Shown here one piece after another: positions 1 to 9,759 of a DNA stretch of 59,451 bases. The stretch is from Candidatus Thorarchaeota archaeon SMTZ1-45 (GTDB lineage Archaea > Asgardarchaeota > Thorarchaeia > Thorarchaeales > Thorarchaeaceae): assembly GCA_001563335.1 (NCBI GenBank), contig LRSL01000015.1, forward strand, positions 1-59,451. The letters run 5' to 3'. The first letter of the stretch is position 1, and every line of letters begins with the position of its first letter. Below the pieces are notes generated by a model. That model searched no databases and was not told the origin of the DNA. It saw only the letters and a list, made by a program, of their open reading frames with translations. A program made the translations under genes and the position numbers.

Positions 1-16
1 TACAGAATATGATGAG

Positions 17-616
17 ATGGCGGAGAATTATGACGAATTAGTGAAGCTGTATGATGAGTGGCTCGGGATTGATATGATGAAGGAACGAGAGAACTTCTAT
101 CAGTTCATTCCAATAGAGGGTCCAGTGAGAGTAATTGATGTCAGCATAGGAACTGGTGCAAACTTCATTGCACTCAATAATCAGTTCAAGAACCAGATTG
201 GTAGATTCAAACTTCACGGTATGGACTTGTCCACGGGTATGCTAACAGTTTCAAGAACCAAATTTGTAAAGAACGAACTTGATGTCTGTCTGACTCATGG
301 AAGTGTATTCAATATCCCATATCAAAAGAACCTCTTTGATATAGTTCTCCACTCTGGAGGGATCAATACATTTTCAGACATCCCGGGAGCTCTTAATGAA
401 ATGTTAAGGATTACTAGACCAGGGGGATTTGTTGTAGTAGTCGATGAGGGATTATCTCCGAAAAAGAGGGAAACAGAAGAGGGAAAAGACATCATGAAGA
501 CGAATGCACTATTTGCGTCTAGACCACCTTTGAAACACATTCCCGACCCTGCAAAAGATGTTGAAGTTACATATGTGATGAATGAAACCTTCTATCAAAT
601 CGTCTTCAGAAAATAG
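17..616 (+). CDS. Class I SAM-dependent methyltransferase (UbiE/Methyltransf_11-like); may be 5'-truncated by the window edge
   Basis: Motif I VIDVSIGTG, motif II GMDLSTGML, FDIVLHSGG and ALNEMLRITRPGG. Confidence 0.8.
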   Translation: MAENYDELVKLYDEWLGIDMMKERENFYQFIPIEGPVRVIDVSIGTGANFIALNNQFKNQIGRFKLHGMDLSTGMLTVSRTKFVKNELDVCLTHGSVFNIPYQKNLFDIVLHSGGINTFSDIPGALNEMLRITRPGGFVVVVDEGLSPKKRETEEGKDIMKTNALFASRPPLKHIPDPAKDVEVTYVMNETFYQIVFRK

Positions 617-676
617 ATAGAGTATTGGAGTTAAACACCAAATTGTACAACTAAATTTCAGAAAAAGTAGAAGTGC

Positions 677-793
677 TCAGGTGGCTTCCCACAGGAGTAC
701 ATCTTCAACTGATATATCGCGTTTCTTAGAAACGCTCATAGGACGGCTCGTATCCTTTGGATCAGAGCTAGTAGTCTTGTTATTTTTTGACAT
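677..793 (-). CDS. Putative microprotein, 38 aa (MSKNNKTTSSDPKDTSRPMSVSKKRDISVEDVLLWEAT)
   Basis: Hand-translated ATG-TGA ORF, third of three closely packed minus-strand micro-ORFs; followed by a T-rich tract. Confidence 0.4.
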   Translation of the reverse strand: MSKNNKTTSSDPKDTSRPMSVSKKRDISVEDVLLWEAT

Positions 794-799
794 TGATAT

Positions 800-889
800 C
801 TACCTGTATGTATATGCGTGGGTGATTGCATCTGTGGAGATCTGCTTCTTGAACACAAGCTTCTTTCTTGCTATTTTATCTAGTTCCAT
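800..889 (-). CDS. Putative microprotein, 29 aa (MELDKIARKKLVFKKQISTDAITHAYTYR)
   Basis: Hand-translated; AGGAGGT lies 8 nt upstream of the ATG; C-terminus resembles that of the upstream micro-ORF. Confidence 0.5.
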   Translation of the reverse strand: MELDKIARKKLVFKKQISTDAITHAYTYR

Positions 890-895
890 AGTGCT

Positions 896-1003
896 TTACC
901 TCCTATATTGGTAGGCATACCCAATCGCGATAGTTGTGTGAACTTTCGCAATCTTGTTGTTCAACTTCACACGTTTATCCTCAGTCAGATTCATGCGATA
1001 CAT
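896..1003 (-). CDS. Putative microprotein, 35 aa (MYRMNLTEDKRVKLNNKIAKVHTTIAIGYAYQYRR)
   Basis: Hand-translated; lies downstream of an AT-rich promoter region; shares the AIxxAYxYR motif with the next ORF. Confidence 0.5.
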   Translation of the reverse strand: MYRMNLTEDKRVKLNNKIAKVHTTIAIGYAYQYRR

Positions 1004-1020
1004 TATTTATCACTAGGCGT

Positions 1021-1200
1021 ATACCAACCAAAAGTACATATAAGGTTTGTGTAACAAACTATTATTGTTTTTTACGTTGATATATTACACTATTTATATA
1101 TGAATAGATTATAAATAAAGATTAAACAAACTTTTCATTCTTGAATAGTTTACCATCACCAACAACTTTAAATAATTAGTTTGTCAATGAGAACACGAAT
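1021..1200. promoter_or_regulatory. AT-rich divergent promoter region between the micro-ORF cluster and the wHTH regulator
   Basis: Several TATA-like boxes (TTTATATA, TTATAAAT, TTTAAATA) in a non-coding divergent intergenic region. Confidence 0.5.
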
Positions 1201-1311
1201 TTGAAGCGTTTTAACACGCTTCTGGTGGGTTCTATATTAAAAACCCAAAGAGAGTACGGACGATTCCAGAGCCATCCGAGTCGCTTGTTGAATCGACGGA
1301 TCTAAAATGCA

Positions 1312-2082
1312 TTGGTGAATAGTAATATGGGCGACGACTATGTAACAACAGAAATCACGGATAGCCTCGAGGGAATTGTCTTAACCAAAGAGGGGAAAAT
1401 ACCACAGAAAGAGATTGTTTTTGTGACGAATGAAGAAGTGGCAGATGTTCTTGATGAGCCTGTCCGCTACAACATCCTGCAGACATTAAGAAAAGGAGTA
1501 GAAGACACACTGACCACAAAGTCGGTTGACAAGGAAACTGGTGATACGATAATTCGACAGAGAGTTGTCAAACGAGATGTGTTATCAGTAGTCGAAATCG
1601 TGAAGCAATCACCTGATTGTTGTCATGAGAGCGAAGAGATTACTAAAAATCAGGTGTATCATCATTTACCAAAACTGATTGAGAGCGGTTATGTAATCAA
1701 GTATGGAACTGTTACCAAAGGTAAACGTAGTACTGACTACTATCGACGAACTGCCAAGGGGTTCATGCTGACAACTGGCGCATGGGGAACTGAGGAGAAA
1801 AGAATCCGAGAAAAGCTTGAGAGCTTCACAGATAAGATGCTTGAAACCTTCAATCTGAAGATCTCAAAGGAGCAACGTGAGGAGCTGATTGAGCTGAGTG
1901 TCAAGAGAGCTCAAATGCAGTATGCTTGGAGAACCAAGATTGCGAATATGGTCAACCTGGATATTGCGACAAAAGAAACTCTCTCAATGTACGAGATGCT
2001 TCTGGACTATTATTCTGTGGGTTCGAAGGAGTATATGAATATCATTAACAGAATTAGAGGTATTCTCTTCCCTGATGACTAG
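1312..2082 (+). CDS. ArsR-like winged helix-turn-helix transcriptional regulator with an insertion
   Basis: VADVLDEPVRYNILQTL ... ITKNQVYHHLPKLIESGYV ... YYRRTAK pattern of archaeal wHTH regulators. Confidence 0.7.
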   Translation: MVNSNMGDDYVTTEITDSLEGIVLTKEGKIPQKEIVFVTNEEVADVLDEPVRYNILQTLRKGVEDTLTTKSVDKETGDTIIRQRVVKRDVLSVVEIVKQSPDCCHESEEITKNQVYHHLPKLIESGYVIKYGTVTKGKRSTDYYRRTAKGFMLTTGAWGTEEKRIREKLESFTDKMLETFNLKISKEQREELIELSVKRAQMQYAWRTKIANMVNLDIATKETLSMYEMLLDYYSVGSKEYMNIINRIRGILFPDD

Positions 2083-2109
2083 ATATCAAAGAAAATGAGG
2101 TATGAAAAT

Positions 2110-2484
2110 TTAGAGGCTTCCTCTTAGCTTTATAGCAGTCTTTTTGATATCTATCATTGTGAGTTCAGGGACTGATGATGGTGCAGCAAATGCAATTGCC
2201 CAAATGTTCCCTTCAATTCTTACAAGAAGAAAATGTCCTTTTTTGCCATCTGCAGTTGCAACGTAGGTATCTTTAGAGGATGCGATACGTTTGTATATCA
2301 CACCTCCCGAAGACAGTTCTGATGATTCCTTTTCAACTGTCTTCATGATGCTCTTGATGTCTTCAACTAGATTCCAATTATCAGTCTGCCAGATGATTTT
2401 TCCATCTTTAACAACTGCAAATGCATGGATCTTTGGATTGTTTGCAAAGAGGATGTTCCATTCGTTTCCGATGACTAGTGACAA
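2110..2484 (-). CDS. Asgard profilin-like protein (paralog 2)
   Basis: AFAVVKDGKIIWQTDNWNL and GKKGHFLL match the Asgard profilin pattern (G.I.WQT.NW....KY....G.G); 124 aa. Confidence 0.7.
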   Translation of the reverse strand: MSLVIGNEWNILFANNPKIHAFAVVKDGKIIWQTDNWNLVEDIKSIMKTVEKESSELSSGGVIYKRIASSKDTYVATADGKKGHFLLVRIEGNIWAIAFAAPSSVPELTMIDIKKTAIKLRGSL

Positions 2485-2569
2485 AACAAACCCACCATGT
2501 CTACAATGGTTCGTATATAGAGAGAACTATGTTGAAGTTTTCCCCAAATACACTTTCAACCAGAAAATA

Positions 2570-2956
2570 CTAGATTTTGCCTCTAAGGGTCTTTGCAGCT
2601 CTATCCACATCGACATAGATACCATCTGGCTGTGCTTGAGCATCAGCCCATGCTACAACCCATCTATCACTTGCGGTATCGATTTTGGTCAGAATTAGAA
2701 TTCCATTTCCTTGGACATTCCGAGCAACAAGACTCTCAGGAGTGGACCGCATTGTCGAATATTTCACTTGATTTTGGACAACGCTAGCTGCTCGAGACTT
2801 CACCGCAGAGATCAAGTTTTTCGCATCAGCAGTCAAGTCCCAATTATTACTCTGCCAAAGAACCTGTCCAGACTCAGATATCACTCCAAAGGCTTGGACC
2901 ATATTTCCTGAACTGTTGTATGCTTGTGTATATGCATCCATTACTGGATCTGCCAT
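2570..2956 (-). CDS. Asgard profilin
   Basis: FGVISESGQVLWQSNNWDL...QNQVKYSTMRSTPESLVARNVQGNGIL; size and motifs typical of Asgard profilins. Confidence 0.85.
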   Translation of the reverse strand: MADPVMDAYTQAYNSSGNMVQAFGVISESGQVLWQSNNWDLTADAKNLISAVKSRAASVVQNQVKYSTMRSTPESLVARNVQGNGILILTKIDTASDRWVVAWADAQAQPDGIYVDVDRAAKTLRGKI

Positions 2957-3036
2957 CGTAATTCACCCCGTAAAATCTACGGTCTATAGTAACTCGGAGG
3001 CGCCTCTCCAAATAAACAAATCCTTGACGGCCTTAA

Positions 3037-3399
3037 TTGGTTAACTTCAAACAGACTCATATGTATATATGCATTCTAGACTTTATGGCCAGTGCTATCT
3101 GGGAGAATGAGAGAGGAACATTCCTAAGAGTCATAGTTCATCCAAATTCAAAAGAGAAGAGATTCATTGCTGAAGTCACTACAGAAGCCATACATATTAA
3201 CTTGAAAGAACCTGCACGAGAGGGCAGAGCTAATTCTGAATTATTGAAAAAACTGTCAAAGGCTCTTAAGATATCCACATCTGAAATCAGTCTTGTTGCA
3301 GGACATAAATCCCGTGAGAAGACTCTGCTCATTATGAGTGTTGATGCAAATCAAATTGCTCGCAAGCTCCTGGATGAGACAAAGGCAGTTAAATACTAG
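3037..3399 (+). CDS. DUF167 / YggU (UPF0235) family protein
   Basis: LRVIVHPNSK, PAREGRANSELLKKL, LVAGHKSREK; true start is probably the later ATG (MASAIWE). Confidence 0.85.
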   Translation: MVNFKQTHMYICILDFMASAIWENERGTFLRVIVHPNSKEKRFIAEVTTEAIHINLKEPAREGRANSELLKKLSKALKISTSEISLVAGHKSREKTLLIMSVDANQIARKLLDETKAVKY

Positions 3400-3427
3400 A
3401 GATAGCAGGGTTGCTTCTCTACAGTGA

Positions 3428-6019
3428 TTGAATTCAAGGAATATCGACTGCTCGGAGACAATGCCTGTGATAAAGATAGACCGGACCACATTTCTTGGAG
3501 CCACTTACGCAGTGGGCTTGATCCTGGTCGCACTGGCTATGATCTCAGGTCGTTATGCACACCCAGATGTCATCATTACACTTGTTGTCGAAACAGGACT
3601 ACTCTATATCTCATTATTTCGAGCCCCACTCAATAAGCGTCAAATTGGAATAATGGTCATCCTTGCATCCGCATATTACCCGCTCAGTGTACTATTAGGT
3701 ATCTTTTCGGATATGGTAATAGTGACTGTGGGTGGAGTTGCAATCTATGTAGCTATGACTGTAAGAGTCGAGCTTCATCCTACAAAGGCACTACTCGGAG
3801 GGCTGTACTCAGCAGGTGTTTTCTTTGCACTATATCTGACTGTTCAGCGGGGTGGATTGTATTCAGATATTTTGTTGGGGCTTGTCATTCATATACTATT
3901 GCTTTACATGGCTCTAAGTAAACGCCCGCCAGATAAGAAGGAACTAGGAGCGATCAGCATGTTGATTATGATATGCATCTCTCTTAGTCTATTCTTTAGA
4001 TTCTTCTCCCTTGTAGTCATTTGGGCAATTCTTAGTTGTGTCCTGTATGGGATTATCAGAGTTGAACCAAAATTCCCCTTGACAAAGCGAGCTATAGGGA
4101 CCGGCCTTATTGTTGGTGTAGTAATGACTTTCATGGGCATCTATCTTGCCCTTAAGATTGGAGTTGTTTTTCTAGTCGGAGCAGAAATGTTAGGAGCCAT
4201 TTTTCTTACCATGTACGGACTATACACCGGAGAGGAGAACACGATTGCAGTCACTATTGCAAATTCCTCCTCAATGGTCACATTAGGAGTGTTGCTAACA
4301 TATCCTGCCATTGCCATTTTCAGGCCAGACAACCCTCTGTTCAATATCAATCATGCTCACTATGACCCCACAACGACTCTCTTTTTCATTATAATCACCA
4401 CAGGGATTAGTGCTATCTTCGGGATTATTCTTTTAGCACCATTCAGAAACCGATTCGAGGAAGACCCTTGGCCTCAGGTTCAACCTCAGGCAGAATGCAT
4501 CAATTCCATTGGTGGAGATGCTGAAGCAAGAAGAAATGTGGGCACGGGACTTGTTGCGTCAGCAGCATATGTAGGTACAATAAAGGCTACAGAGAGTGTA
4601 GCAGGAAGAACACTAAGCACTGTGCCAAATGCTTTGGCACCTGTTATTCCTGCTGCCGCAGCAATCCCCGATTGGATTGGAATAAGCAACTCCCCTCTGA
4701 TTGCAGGTATTGGTTTCTTCGTGGGTTGGAAGAGAGCTCTCATTATGGTAATGGGAAGTGCACTATCAATTCTAATCTGGATATTCATAGAGGGGGCAGA
4801 TGGAACGATTCTTTATGGCATTCATTTGAAGAGACCTGAGATTCTCTATGTTGCGCTGGGTGTATTTGTTACAGTAATACTGGGGGACATACTGAGTGGA
4901 AGGGGCGAAAGAAACCTGACCCCCGAAGAAGTTCAAGACAGGATAAGATCAAAGCGTGAGGATGTAGATAGCACGGTCATTATAGAACACCCACATAAAA
5001 CGGAGGAACTTCCAAGGATTTTACGAGTTCGAGAAGAGCTATTCTCAGTCGAAACCTTCAAGGAGGAGATACGAGAGATTGTTGAAGACCCAAGAGGGTA
5101 TTTACGGTCAAGAAGAGGACAGATTCCTCCATGGATAGCATTTGTATCAATGGGACTGTTCATGATTGTGGGAATCATTGTCTTTTGGTTCATTAAACCA
5201 TTCATGCAGAGTGAAACAGCACCGCTCGAGATTCACTGGCTTCTATTCATTTTTGGAACACCTTTGGCACTTGTTTCAGCATATTTCACGGCACGAGCTA
5301 TTAGTGAAACCGGAATGCTTGCAGGCTATATCTCAGATATTATTGCCATCCCTGCAATAATTTTCTTTAGGGTCACTTTTTCAGCTATTACTACATTCAT
5401 CGGTATGTTGGGGGCGGTTCAGGATGCCGCAATAGCACTATTGGTTCATATCAAACTTGGAAGATTGACAGGCGTTCGTGCAAGAGATATAACGAAGGGA
5501 GTCTTCATAGGATGTGTTCTCGGAACTTCCATCGGTTCCATAATCACTTTCGAAATATTCAGTACATATGGATTTGGGGGTATTGATTTCCCAAGCCCTG
5601 CGGCTCAACTATTTGGATTTCTGGTGCTTAGTCTTGAGGGAATCGGAGACATGCAACTACCAGGCTTGGACAAGTTCCCAGACATTCATCCACTTCTTGC
5701 CTTCCTTTATCTTCTAGTCTGGGCAATAGGAGGGTTTCTTGCTGGTCGCGAGCTCAACAAGCGAGATCTGAGTCCAATTAGCCTTGTAGTTGGAGTACTT
5801 ATTCCACCAGCAACGTCCGTTGCGATTCTATTAGGTGGCTATATCAGCTACAGAATGAAACAACAGGAAAGACCAGTTCATCTATCAGATCTGCCACAAC
5901 AGATTGAAGTCTGCGATGTGGGGGGTAATAAAGTAAACAGGATTCTAAGCGGCGTTATTGCGGGAGAAGCTGTCATGACTGTGATTTGGGTACTTCTGAG
6001 TGCATTCATCTTCATCTAG
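3428..6019 (+). CDS. OPT/YSL family oligopeptide transporter with a duplicated N-terminal membrane extension
   Basis: LTKRAIG...YLALKIG...EENTIAVTIA, FPSPAAQL and SGVIAGEAV OPT motifs; many TM helices. Confidence 0.8.
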   Translation: MNSRNIDCSETMPVIKIDRTTFLGATYAVGLILVALAMISGRYAHPDVIITLVVETGLLYISLFRAPLNKRQIGIMVILASAYYPLSVLLGIFSDMVIVTVGGVAIYVAMTVRVELHPTKALLGGLYSAGVFFALYLTVQRGGLYSDILLGLVIHILLLYMALSKRPPDKKELGAISMLIMICISLSLFFRFFSLVVIWAILSCVLYGIIRVEPKFPLTKRAIGTGLIVGVVMTFMGIYLALKIGVVFLVGAEMLGAIFLTMYGLYTGEENTIAVTIANSSSMVTLGVLLTYPAIAIFRPDNPLFNINHAHYDPTTTLFFIIITTGISAIFGIILLAPFRNRFEEDPWPQVQPQAECINSIGGDAEARRNVGTGLVASAAYVGTIKATESVAGRTLSTVPNALAPVIPAAAAIPDWIGISNSPLIAGIGFFVGWKRALIMVMGSALSILIWIFIEGADGTILYGIHLKRPEILYVALGVFVTVILGDILSGRGERNLTPEEVQDRIRSKREDVDSTVIIEHPHKTEELPRILRVREELFSVETFKEEIREIVEDPRGYLRSRRGQIPPWIAFVSMGLFMIVGIIVFWFIKPFMQSETAPLEIHWLLFIFGTPLALVSAYFTARAISETGMLAGYISDIIAIPAIIFFRVTFSAITTFIGMLGAVQDAAIALLVHIKLGRLTGVRARDITKGVFIGCVLGTSIGSIITFEIFSTYGFGGIDFPSPAAQLFGFLVLSLEGIGDMQLPGLDKFPDIHPLLAFLYLLVWAIGGFLAGRELNKRDLSPISLVVGVLIPPATSVAILLGGYISYRMKQQERPVHLSDLPQQIEVCDVGGNKVNRILSGVIAGEAVMTVIWVLLSAFIFI

Positions 6020-7002
6020 CTATATTTGTCAATATGTTCTGCAAGCATTTGAAGGAATCTTGGAAAATCATTTCTATCAAGGCTTGCACCAGCTGCAGCT
6101 GGATGACCACCACCAGAGCTTCCCTCTATGTCTTTCAGGATGACGTTGAGTGTTTTGTTAAGGTCTACTTTTGTACCTCTTCGGCGTATGCTCATATCTA
6201 CCTCGTCATCCGAAGACCTCGCACTAATACCAACTTTCGAGTTTGTCACATAGGCTGAGAACTTTGCACTTTTTCCGCGGTAACCATTAATTGGTATATC
6301 CAGAATATAACCAACTGGACCAATCTTTCGTGCATTTTGCTGGACATATCTGAATACCTCGTGTTCAATTCTAGTTGCTTTCAGTGCAAGGGCAACTACG
6401 TCATCCATTGAGCTTGGCTTTATTCCCATAGCCAATTGGTGAACTAGATCTTTCGATTCTTTTCGATAATCAATCTCTTGCAATGCTTGGACAAGTATTC
6501 CTGCTTCAAGATAGAGTGTACGTTTGTCTATATCATCAAAATGAGTCCTAGCAAAGGGAGTTTCATCACAATAATCACCAATTGCGCCATAGAGAGCCAA
6601 TCGAAGGGCATGTTCAGGGAGGGAGTCCTCGAATTTTCTGTAGACCAATTCAGCTGCACAGGGACCGGTTTCATGAAACAGGTTTGCCCGTTTGCAAAGT
6701 TCGCGGCGTTCTTTTACAGTCATTGGATGATGGTCGGTCCAATGAATCTGCGTGGATTCTGGAAATCTGTCAAATGCTCTAAGAAGCTCATCGAACATTT
6801 TGGAGTTAATCGCTATGTCACTCACATGTACAATGTCAGGTTTGTCCTTTGCGATACGATAAAGATCCTGATGTATTTGTGATGGCCGTGTGAAATAGAA
6901 GTCAGAACTAGGAAAGACCAGTAATGCGATTGTCCCTGAAGTTATTCCATCAAGATCACCGTGGGTCAAAATGACATTCTTTGACATTGACTTTTCCACC
7001 AA
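6016..7002 (-). CDS. DHH/DHHA1 family phosphoesterase
   Basis: HGDLDG, DHH and GGGHPAAAGA motifs. Confidence 0.9.
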   Translation of the reverse strand: MVEKSMSKNVILTHGDLDGITSGTIALLVFPSSDFYFTRPSQIHQDLYRIAKDKPDIVHVSDIAINSKMFDELLRAFDRFPESTQIHWTDHHPMTVKERRELCKRANLFHETGPCAAELVYRKFEDSLPEHALRLALYGAIGDYCDETPFARTHFDDIDKRTLYLEAGILVQALQEIDYRKESKDLVHQLAMGIKPSSMDDVVALALKATRIEHEVFRYVQQNARKIGPVGYILDIPINGYRGKSAKFSAYVTNSKVGISARSSDDEVDMSIRRRGTKVDLNKTLNVILKDIEGSSGGGHPAAAGASLDRNDFPRFLQMLAEHIDKYS

Positions 7003-7007
7003 AGGCT

Positions 7008-8342
7008 CTATTTCTTGAATGCTTCTTCAAGAGCCTTGTCCCATTCATCCACTCCTGCCTCATCACCCTTCCGCTTTTTCCTGGCTTTGGTACGAGCTTT
7101 TCTGGCTTTCTCAGCCTCTTTCCGTTTTGTAGCCAAGTCCTTCTTTCGCTTTTCTGCTGCCTCCTTCTCTTCTTTGGTGAGTTTCTCCTTCTCAACAACC
7201 TCACGTTTTGACATCCAACTAATGACAGCGGCTGTGAATGGAAAGAGTCCAACCACAGGAACAAGGAATAATACAACAATTTCTGGTTGGATCATTTCAA
7301 CACTGTTTGCTATTCCGATTGGAAGGTTTAGTAGCATATCAACAACATAGGGGCTCATCAGAATGAACGATACTGCAACGACAGTCAGAAACCGTATCGC
7401 TGAACCAGTGAGAGTTGATCCGATGACATAAGCTGAGGATGGAGCTGCTGCTTTTGCAGTTAGTTCATCTCGTGCTCTAGGGTCACTCTGTAGTAGCTCA
7501 TCTACATAGATCTGCAAGCGGCGGACATCTGAAACAGCATCTAAGCTTTCGAGCGCGGATTGACTACCCATGACCTTTCGTTCCATCGCCTCTCTAAGGA
7601 ATGAAAAAGCAGTCGCCCCAGTTGAACGACTCATACCAGTTGTACTTACCTTCTCACCACGTTCAATCGCATCTTGTTTCCTTGTGGCTTGACGTAATGC
7701 TAGGAGCTGTTTTTTGAGGGTTTCTTCCCTGTCTTCAACAGGTTTTCCCACCGAGCTGCTATAGATCATTTGATAACTGACTTCTAGATACGCAAATGAC
7801 ACGAGTCCAAGAATTTGAGCAGGTGAAATAAGAAAGTCCATGAAATCTTGAGGGAAGGGAGTTAGATCAGGGACTATAAGGGCTCTATAGGCTGCAATGA
7901 TTATTATTGCTTGAATAGATATGAATGCACCACCAACAAACTTATGGTCCATTCTAACAAGTGATTGGAGGAATAATGCAATTCCAATACCAGCACAAAG
8001 GAAATAGAGGAACAAGAAGGTATTATCCCAAAGAGCTAGCAACACATTGCTCAGGTTCATCTGAAACGATGCCCATACCTGTTGAATGTTAGTCAAAGGG
8101 TCTGTTAATCCATAGGGCTGCATATACCAGGTCCTGAGAACAAGTATATTGTAGAGCCCAACTATCAGATCTTCAGGTAATGCCCCTCCTGTGAAAGCAC
8201 TAGCAAGACCACTCACCATTGTTGTTGCTAGAAAGAACACAATCAAAGACAACAAACGAAACACTGTCACAACAAATGTATAGGGTGCATCCCAATGCCA
8301 AATATCGTTAGGGTCAAGTATATCATATACTAAGAAAGCCAT
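7008..8342 (-). CDS. Multi-pass membrane protein in the MoxR operon
   Basis: Hydrophobic helices and a Lys/Arg-rich C-terminus; co-oriented with DUF58/MoxR. Confidence 0.6.
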   Translation of the reverse strand: MAFLVYDILDPNDIWHWDAPYTFVVTVFRLLSLIVFFLATTMVSGLASAFTGGALPEDLIVGLYNILVLRTWYMQPYGLTDPLTNIQQVWASFQMNLSNVLLALWDNTFLFLYFLCAGIGIALFLQSLVRMDHKFVGGAFISIQAIIIIAAYRALIVPDLTPFPQDFMDFLISPAQILGLVSFAYLEVSYQMIYSSSVGKPVEDREETLKKQLLALRQATRKQDAIERGEKVSTTGMSRSTGATAFSFLREAMERKVMGSQSALESLDAVSDVRRLQIYVDELLQSDPRARDELTAKAAAPSSAYVIGSTLTGSAIRFLTVVAVSFILMSPYVVDMLLNLPIGIANSVEMIQPEIVVLFLVPVVGLFPFTAAVISWMSKREVVEKEKLTKEEKEAAEKRKKDLATKRKEAEKARKARTKARKKRKGDEAGVDEWDKALEEAFKK

Positions 8343-8392
8343 AGCTGCAAAAGTGGCAATGGATGCAATGCGGAGAATCCACGTGACGACCT

Positions 8393-9715
8393 TCAGAACA
8401 TTGCCACCCCCCGTTGTTTTGCTTGCTCATATGTACGTATGATAGTTGGAAGGAAGTCTTCCGGACCGACATTGATGACATTAATCCCAAATCGTGATAG
8501 TGCACGAGCCATCTTGTTGCGACGTTCCCAGAGCTCTTCAGACACAGCTTCAGACAACACCTTTTCAACCGGACCAAATTGGCCAACCGGTGCTTCAAAC
8601 CATGGACCAAACGGACTGATCACAAGTGCTCTGTGACCATTGGCTACTAGTGTCTTCATAGCATTTAGTAGAGGCGCAGGACTCTCTTCGAGATCGGTCA
8701 TCCAGATAATTAGAGACCGCTTCTTACTCTGTCCAACAACATGAGCAATGGCAGTCTCATAGTCACTCCACCCTTTTGGTTCAGCCATGGCCAAGATTTC
8801 AAGAACATCATACATATGATTGGGTCGTGTCCCAGGAGGAACGTATCCATGAACTATGTCGCTGAAGACACAGGTTCCTACAAGATCTTTCCTCTCAAGA
8901 CCCAGATGAGTAAGAAGAACAGCTGCGCGGATTGCGTACTCGAGTTTTGTGTTCTCGGGATAGCCATTCCCCATGCTCCCGCTTGTGTCCACCATGCAAA
9001 TCAGCTGCACGTTTTTCTCTTGTTCCCATTGTTTGACAACCATATCACCACGTTTGGCGCTTGACTTCCAGTCAATTAGTCGGAACTCGTCTCCTGGCAC
9101 ATACTCTCGGAAACCAGCGAAATCAGTGCCCATTCCCACTGTCTTGGTCCGATGAGCACCAAACATGAGACCTAGTTGTCTTTGCTTTGCAAATGACTCA
9201 AGACGACGAACATCTTTCCAAGTTGGATAGACAAGAACTTCGGTCTGTTCCTTCAAGGTTCTCTTGTAATAGTGAAAGCCAAGTCGGTCCCGCATGATGA
9301 CTTCAGTCGGACCGAGGTAGTATCTTCCACGCATTCGTGCTTGAAGGATGTATGAGAAAGTAATACTACTACCTGGTTCAATTCGAGATGCAATGAAATT
9401 CTCTCCAATTGCCAATATCCAGGTTTCCGGATATTGATCATGAACCTCAATAAAGTCAAAATGGCGTCGGGAGGCATTTCTTATTGTAACGCGAACACGC
9501 AGAAAATCTCCCGAGAACACCTTTACTTTGTCAATCTCACGATCTACTTCAATACCTGCTAAGTTGGCTGTCAATGCAAAGAGAGGCAACGTGACTACTA
9601 AACCAATCACACAATAGACTCCAAGAAGGACGAGGTAGAAGTTAATGAAGGAGAACCCACTTGTTAATAGTAAGACTCCTGCGAACACTACCACGAAGCC
9701 TCTCTGCGTTATCAA
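8393..9715 (-). CDS. DUF58 family (VWA-like) protein
   Basis: GTDFAGFREYVPGDEFRLIDWKSSAK; MIDAS-like DTSGSM. Confidence 0.9.
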   Translation of the reverse strand: MITQRGFVVVFAGVLLLTSGFSFINFYLVLLGVYCVIGLVVTLPLFALTANLAGIEVDREIDKVKVFSGDFLRVRVTIRNASRRHFDFIEVHDQYPETWILAIGENFIASRIEPGSSITFSYILQARMRGRYYLGPTEVIMRDRLGFHYYKRTLKEQTEVLVYPTWKDVRRLESFAKQRQLGLMFGAHRTKTVGMGTDFAGFREYVPGDEFRLIDWKSSAKRGDMVVKQWEQEKNVQLICMVDTSGSMGNGYPENTKLEYAIRAAVLLTHLGLERKDLVGTCVFSDIVHGYVPPGTRPNHMYDVLEILAMAEPKGWSDYETAIAHVVGQSKKRSLIIWMTDLEESPAPLLNAMKTLVANGHRALVISPFGPWFEAPVGQFGPVEKVLSEAVSEELWERRNKMARALSRFGINVINVGPEDFLPTIIRTYEQAKQRGVAMF

Positions 9716-9759
9716 TCCATATCTTCTCCATATATCTTAGGACATGAATTTCTCAGTCA

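Noticed and set aside
681-914. Plus-strand 77 aa ORF from the track
   Set aside because: Antisense to three ATG-initiated micro-ORFs that have a ribosome-binding site and a shared motif; likely a shadow ORF.
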